A stretch of DNA of 20,000 nucleotides from an uncultured virus (IMG/VR IMGVR_UViG_3300044612_003086) (lineage: Duplodnaviria > Heunggongvirae > Uroviricota > Caudoviricetes): positions 113,892 to 133,891 of the IMG/VR virus record IMGVR_UViG_3300044612_003086; one strand, written 5' to 3'. Below the pieces are notes generated by a model. It made no database searches. It was not told where the DNA came from and worked only from the letters and a program-made list of their open reading frames with translations. Shown here one piece after another: positions 15,372 through 20,000 of the stretch. The position numbers were made by a program, and so were the translations under genes. The stretch's first letter is position 1. The number at the start of each line of letters is the position of its first letter.

Positions 15372-16307
15372 TTATCTATTTTGCAAAAACTCGTCTATAT
15401 CAGCGCTTATGAGCTGCAACGAAAAATCTATGCCTTTTCTCTGGGTGATATTTGGCCAAGCGGTACCAGTTTTTGAGTACGAGATGTGGCCAGGTTCTTC
15501 TACGTGTTCAGTTTTTGGCTTGTAGTAACGACGTCCATTTTCATCGTATCTTTCTTCAAGCCATGGAAACATTTCTCCGTCTGGATTTCTCTCCCCAAGC
15601 AAAAATCCATTTGCATAACGCTTGATTCTTGTTCCAGTTCTATCGATAAGGAACTTTTCAAAATTGCCTCGGAGAGGATAAAACCCACGTTTTCCTGTAT
15701 CAACTTTTGCGTAACCATCTGGTGTTAGCTCATTCGAGAAAGACCAAGGTATTTCCTCATAATGGTATGGCACTCCGTTTGGTTGGAGGTCTGCTTTGTA
15801 TGCTCCAGTTAAGTACCACCACAGGTCGTGCTGTTCTTGCATTTTAATTTTTCCTGGAACAAAATTCTCATCGTAGGTATGTTTATCAAATCTTCCATTT
15901 GTTAATTCAGAAAATTGATACGTAACACCAAAATTCTCTTTCGCGTACTGTTCAGACAATTGGCCCGGCGTGATATCTAGTTCATTTTTATCCAAGTACG
16001 CCTGGAGACCTTCTTGAAATTCGGGATATCCGTGGCAAACAAAATCATCAACAACAACCGCAAGAATATCAAAATCATCTTCGTTTTTGTATTTTTGATT
16101 TAATTCTTCGATTACGGAGTGTTGTGGAATATTCCCACATCCAGCCGACACATTAAAAATAAGAGTAACTTTTCCCTTGCGGTTTTTTAGTATGTCTGAT
16201 GATTTTCCATCAGCTGACGACAAATTAATGTCATATATGGAAAACGGAAGAACCGTGTCACTCCAATCATTTTCCGCAATTGGCGCTTCTTGTATTTCGC
16301 AGTCCAT
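15372..16307 (-). CDS. Glutathione peroxidase-fold protein with insertions
   Basis: SIYDINLSSADG, KGKVTLIFNVSAGCGN (peroxidatic Cys position kept), GNFEKFLID. The FPCNQF motif is replaced by VVVDDFVCHG. ATG 16307 overlaps the upstream TGA. Confidence 0.8.
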   Translation of the reverse strand: MDCEIQEAPIAENDWSDTVLPFSIYDINLSSADGKSSDILKNRKGKVTLIFNVSAGCGNIPQHSVIEELNQKYKNEDDFDILAVVVDDFVCHGYPEFQEGLQAYLDKNELDITPGQLSEQYAKENFGVTYQFSELTNGRFDKHTYDENFVPGKIKMQEQHDLWWYLTGAYKADLQPNGVPYHYEEIPWSFSNELTPDGYAKVDTGKRGFYPLRGNFEKFLIDRTGTRIKRYANGFLLGERNPDGEMFPWLEERYDENGRRYYKPKTEHVEEPGHISYSKTGTAWPNITQRKGIDFSLQLISADIDEFLQNR

Positions 16308-17551
16308 CACTTAAACCCTGGTGGGAAAAACGGCGGGAAGAAAGGTGGGAAAAATGGCGGGAAGAAAGGTGGGAAGAACGGTGGAAAGAAAGGCGGGAAA
16401 AATGGCGGGAAAAATGGAGGAAAGTATGGAGGGAAATATGGAGGGAAATATGGAGGAGCTACCGGGCTTACTGAACCAGACGAAGCAGAGGTCTGGAATC
16501 CGTAGCTATTGGTTGCTCTTACGGTGAATGTATAGGCAGTACCGTTGGTGAGACCTGTAACGGTAATAGGAGAAGTTCCAGAGGCCTGAACGTTTCCTGG
16601 CGATGAAATTGCAGTGAATGTTGTGGAACCAGTTCCCGCAGCTCCTGCAGTAAATGAGACAGTCACTTGAGCGTTTCCTGCAGCACCAGATACCCCAGTT
16701 GGTGCACCCGGCCTGTTTCCTGCCGTCACCGAGTTTGACGCAGCAGAAGTTGCTGAACCATACACAGAAGATGCGGTAACGGTAAATGTATATGCTTGAC
16801 CTGCGGTTAAACCCGTAGCCCTAATTGGGCTTGTTCCGGTAAAGGTCAATGCCCCAGGACTCGTTGTTACTGTGTATGTGGGAGAACCAGTTCCAGTCGC
16901 GCCTGGTGTGAATGGAACATCAATCGCCCTATCTACGTTTTGAACAATTACAGCGGTGCCTATTGCTGGGGCAGTTGGTTTGTTCCCGGCAACTACTGAG
17001 TTTGATGCAGCAGAAGTTGCTGCACCGAACAAGTTTGATGCGGTAACAGTAAATGTGTAAGAGGTTCCAGCAGTTAGGCCAGTCACTCTAATAGGACTGG
17101 AGCCAGTTGCGGTAATTCCTTCCGGCGAAGATGTTGCCGTAAACGTTGTCGCTCCAGTACCAGCTGCACCAGCCGTATAAGCAACGTCTATAGCTCTATC
17201 TGTGTTTGCAACGATTGATGCAGTTCCGATTGTAGGAGCACCTGGGTTTTGGCCGATTGCAACAGATGATGTGGAAACAGAATCTGATGGAACGCCATAA
17301 TTTGTTGTTGCAACAAGAGAGAATGTATAGCTCGTACCAGCAGTAAGACCAGTTACTGTTATTGGCGAACTTGAGGCGGAGGCGCTAATGCTTCCCGGGT
17401 TTGATGTAGCGGTATAGGTTATTGCATCTTTACCTATATACTCAGACGGCGTAAAAGATATTGAAGCCACAGTGCCCACGCCGGTATTCGTCGCTGTGAC
17501 GTTAGTTGGCGTAGTTGGCTTTTTCCCACCACTGTCTTTTATTGCTTCCAT
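16307..17551 (-). CDS. Fibronectin type III-like repeat protein (4 domains) with a C-terminal (PPYF)3(PPFF)8PPGFK tail; putative virion surface protein
   Basis: Four ~88-aa units starting P..PT/PA and containing SPI.VTGLT.G..YTF.V.A; no signal peptide; directly follows the fibre-like gene. Confidence 0.85.
   Translation of the reverse strand: MEAIKDSGGKKPTTPTNVTATNTGVGTVASISFTPSEYIGKDAITYTATSNPGSISASASSSPITVTGLTAGTSYTFSLVATTNYGVPSDSVSTSSVAIGQNPGAPTIGTASIVANTDRAIDVAYTAGAAGTGATTFTATSSPEGITATGSSPIRVTGLTAGTSYTFTVTASNLFGAATSAASNSVVAGNKPTAPAIGTAVIVQNVDRAIDVPFTPGATGTGSPTYTVTTSPGALTFTGTSPIRATGLTAGQAYTFTVTASSVYGSATSAASNSVTAGNRPGAPTGVSGAAGNAQVTVSFTAGAAGTGSTTFTAISSPGNVQASGTSPITVTGLTNGTAYTFTVRATNSYGFQTSASSGSVSPVAPPYFPPYFPPYFPPFFPPFFPPFFPPFFPPFFPPFFPPFFPPFFPPGFK
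16313..16456 (-). repeat. 12 x 12-nt coding tandem repeat encoding PP(Y/F/G)F
   Basis: Read directly: 3 PPYF, 8 PPFF and 1 PPGF. Third codon positions vary between units while the amino acids stay conserved. Confidence 0.95.
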
Positions 17552-17554
17552 GGT

Positions 17555-18331
17555 TTATGCCGAAAGGTCTCCGATGAGCACCCAGGTGTCAGCTGCTCTT
17601 TTTATCAGCGTAGCACCTGACCACTGCGCTCGCATTTTGCGTCCAGGTGTTGCGTTAATGGTCACCCCTGAACCCTGCGTAACAGTGCACTGACCTGCCC
17701 CTGTTTGAATAACCGTGATATGCGTTCCAGTTGCAAAAAACACCGATGAATCAGGGGGGACTGTCAAGGTATTAGCTGTGGCAACGTTCATCTCGATAAT
17801 CTTATTTCTATCCGAAAGAACAAGCGTGTAGCTAGCCGCCTGAGCGTTTGTCAATGGTTCTGCTAACTTATTCCTTCCTATACCAGCGTCGGATGAAATG
17901 TCACCATCGACTATTGTGCCGTCTTCAATCATGTACGAAGTAATGACCGCTTGGTCGGTTAGAACAACCGCTGTTCCAGCAATTTTTTCTGGGTTGATTT
18001 CTGCGCCGTTGGCAATATGAGTATCGCTAATAGCGTCATCAATAATCGTCAGTGAACCTGTGTGGAACAATTGCACGTCTCCGGATATGGCGGTTGAAGT
18101 AGCAACACCGGATGAGTTATACATAACAATCTTGCCAGGGTCACTATCTACAAGTCTGTTGAGAGGGACGGAATCCTCGGTTAGAGACGAACCAGCAACA
18201 GCGCCCGAAGAAAACATTGCTGATGGGATTGTTACAAGAACCCAACCAGAACCGTTGAAGGTCCAGGTCTTACCCGAACTTACGTGAAGGTCGCCTGATT
18301 GTGCACCTGATGGAAAGTCAATTGCTGGCAT
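17555..18331 (-). CDS. Tail-fibre-like virion protein
   Basis: N-terminal MPAIDFPS...GKTWTFNGSGW motif common in phage fibre proteins, short shaft-like repeats (DDAISDTHI, DGTIVDGDI) and a C-terminal domain paralogous to <1..392. ATG 18331 preferred over 18355. Confidence 0.75.
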   Translation of the reverse strand: MPAIDFPSGAQSGDLHVSSGKTWTFNGSGWVLVTIPSAMFSSGAVAGSSLTEDSVPLNRLVDSDPGKIVMYNSSGVATSTAISGDVQLFHTGSLTIIDDAISDTHIANGAEINPEKIAGTAVVLTDQAVITSYMIEDGTIVDGDISSDAGIGRNKLAEPLTNAQAASYTLVLSDRNKIIEMNVATANTLTVPPDSSVFFATGTHITVIQTGAGQCTVTQGSGVTINATPGRKMRAQWSGATLIKRAADTWVLIGDLSA

Positions 18332-18333
18332 GT

Positions 18334-19998
18334 TTAGGCCTGTGCTTCCGTCCAAGATAGACGGGCAAACACGGTTGCTGATGCCGAACCGATGTTTCTA
18401 GCAACAATATGCAGCGTGTCTGGTCCGTCTGGATATATACCTGTTGTTGTTGATGTCGTACCGCCACCAAGAACAGAGTTGCCAAGGTCACGAACGTCCT
18501 CAAGGCTAATCTGAACACCACCAATACCACCAGTGAAGAAACCGCCAGTAACTTCACCACCGCTCACTTGAGCATCAACTGCGGAATAATCTGCAATTTG
18601 AGCCAAGCTCGAGGTAACTGTGGTCGGTTTTGACCATGTTCTTGAAACGGTCGGAACTCCGTTGAGAATCGCCGTGATTAGAAGGTTTGACGTACTTGAA
18701 GTTGTCGTTACGTCCAGGTTGCGGAGTACGAGTTGCATTCTGTTCACCAGCTCACGCTCACCGAAAGCAGCCGATGTTCCATTATCTGCCGACGGTGACA
18801 CACGTATAGCCAATAGTGCTTTTGTTGCGCCAGACGCAATCGCGATACCGGTTGTCTGGCCATATGTAAACACGAGCGATTTGTCGTCATCGAATCTTCC
18901 GTCCATAATCGCTGAGGTTCCCCAGTGAGAAATGGAAGGAGCATAAGTTGGGAATGCCAACTCAACGCCCACTGGATTTGATGCTGAGTATGTGAATGCA
19001 AGTGCCGCATTTGTACCCATCGGAATTGCGCTTACTGTTGGGTTCGCGCCAGTTACTGCCGCGCTCAGTTTGATATTGTTTCCAGAAATTTGCTGAATAA
19101 ACGTACCATCAGGCACGTCTGTTCCAGTAACTCTCTGACCAACTTGTAATCCGGAGTTGGAGGCCACTGTTCCGTCGTTGGCTCCAGCCGCAATTGTTAT
19201 GGCAAGGGAAGCGTTTCCTGTTTGCTGTCTTGTTAGACCAGTGAACGTTGTAGCAGTCTTTCCTGTGTAGTTAATAAATTCATAACCAGTTGCCGTATTG
19301 AATACACACAATGTGCCGGCACTTGGAAATCCAGTCGTACTGCCAACATTCATGGTCGTTGTTTCAGAATCGGATAATGTTCCGGTTAGCTGAGTGTGTG
19401 GTGGCTGACTAAGACTTTCGTATCTTGCTGGAAGGTTTCCAGAGCGCATATACGCTTCAGCGTTTGTATTGTTATTAACTATTTTATGGGCGTACGTTAC
19501 TTTTCCGTCTTTTGCCCGCATTCCCCAGCGAATAAAACCAGCACCATACCACGAATAGTCAATGTAGAACATCTGCATTCTTGAAAGGTCAACGTTGTAG
19601 CCGGAAGCTCCCGTTCCGTCGAACTTGTCTAGATTCCATTCAGCTTGTGGATACTTTGTGTCCACTGTTTTGGAAACTGAAACCATGGTTGAAGTAGAAC
19701 CACGCCATGCTGGGCTAATTGTCATCGATGTATTGCTTGCAATATCTGTAACCCTGTATGACATGCCTCGAGCAACGATGTAATCTCCGATTTCTAGCTG
19801 TCCTGCATATCTCGTTGGGAACGCTGCGTTTGTTTGAGTCACGGTGCATGAGCCATTTGTGAATGATGACTTACCAGAAATCTGGAATGTTGATGAACGT
19901 TTTACGGCCCACAACGTTTGCCCGTCAAATTCAAAGAACACTCCGTTTTGGTCGTCAAACAAACCAATTCTGTTTACGTTTCCATACCAACCTGCAAC
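18334..19998 (-). CDS. Large virion structural protein, C-terminal part (5' truncated by window edge)
   Basis: Frame open to the window end (VAGWYGNVNRIGLFDDQNG...). Motifs FDDQNGVFFEFDG, QMFYIDYSWYGAG, YMRSGNLPARYE and HWGTSAIMDG resemble structural proteins of large aquatic phages; Thr/Ser/Gly-rich. Confidence 0.7.
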   Translation of the reverse strand, partial: VAGWYGNVNRIGLFDDQNGVFFEFDGQTLWAVKRSSTFQISGKSSFTNGSCTVTQTNAAFPTRYAGQLEIGDYIVARGMSYRVTDIASNTSMTISPAWRGSTSTMVSVSKTVDTKYPQAEWNLDKFDGTGASGYNVDLSRMQMFYIDYSWYGAGFIRWGMRAKDGKVTYAHKIVNNNTNAEAYMRSGNLPARYESLSQPPHTQLTGTLSDSETTTMNVGSTTGFPSAGTLCVFNTATGYEFINYTGKTATTFTGLTRQQTGNASLAITIAAGANDGTVASNSGLQVGQRVTGTDVPDGTFIQQISGNNIKLSAAVTGANPTVSAIPMGTNAALAFTYSASNPVGVELAFPTYAPSISHWGTSAIMDGRFDDDKSLVFTYGQTTGIAIASGATKALLAIRVSPSADNGTSAAFGERELVNRMQLVLRNLDVTTTSSTSNLLITAILNGVPTVSRTWSKPTTVTSSLAQIADYSAVDAQVSGGEVTGGFFTGGIGGVQISLEDVRDLGNSVLGGGTTSTTTGIYPDGPDTLHIVARNIGSASATVFARLSWTEAQA

Positions 19999-20000
19999 GG

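Noticed and set aside
16313..16456. Possible CRISPR array or non-coding satellite
   Set aside because: Units are 12 nt, have no spacers, are in frame and vary at synonymous positions; no cas genes.
16280..16527. Three + strand repetitive ORFs (GGKN/GGKK, WREER and MAGRK repeats)
   Set aside because: Antisense shadows of the PPFF repeat. The minus-strand frame is part of a long gene that tiles the operon.

Overview
This window is densely coding and looks like part of a large tailed-phage genome (inference from protein motifs; no hallmark capsid or terminase gene is present). Two convergent, translationally coupled gene blocks meet at about 3040-3058. Each block starts with a paralogous tail-fibre-like gene (<1..392 +, 17555..18331 -), followed by a candidate fibre-tip protein with an unusual domain. 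On the left this is a beta-sandwich protein with a 14-Cys insert (394..1494). On the right it is a protein with four fibronectin-III-like repeats ending in (PPYF)3(PPFF)8PPGFK (16307..17551). Between them lies a ~14 kb island of tailoring enzymes: 11 Fe(II)/2-oxoglutarate oxygenases (four prolyl-4-hydroxylase-like, four from one paralogous subfamily, one Asp/Asn beta-hydroxylase-like, two others), two atypical glutathione-peroxidase-fold proteins, a sulfotransferase-like protein, a degenerate methyltransferase-like protein, an NAD(P)-dependent oxidoreductase, DUF6065- and DUF6171-like proteins, and a run of small helical proteins. The leading hypothesis is a phage-encoded post-translational decoration system acting on virion surface proteins, with the PPFF repeat and the Cys-rich knob as substrates. 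All family calls come from motif recognition by eye, not database searches.
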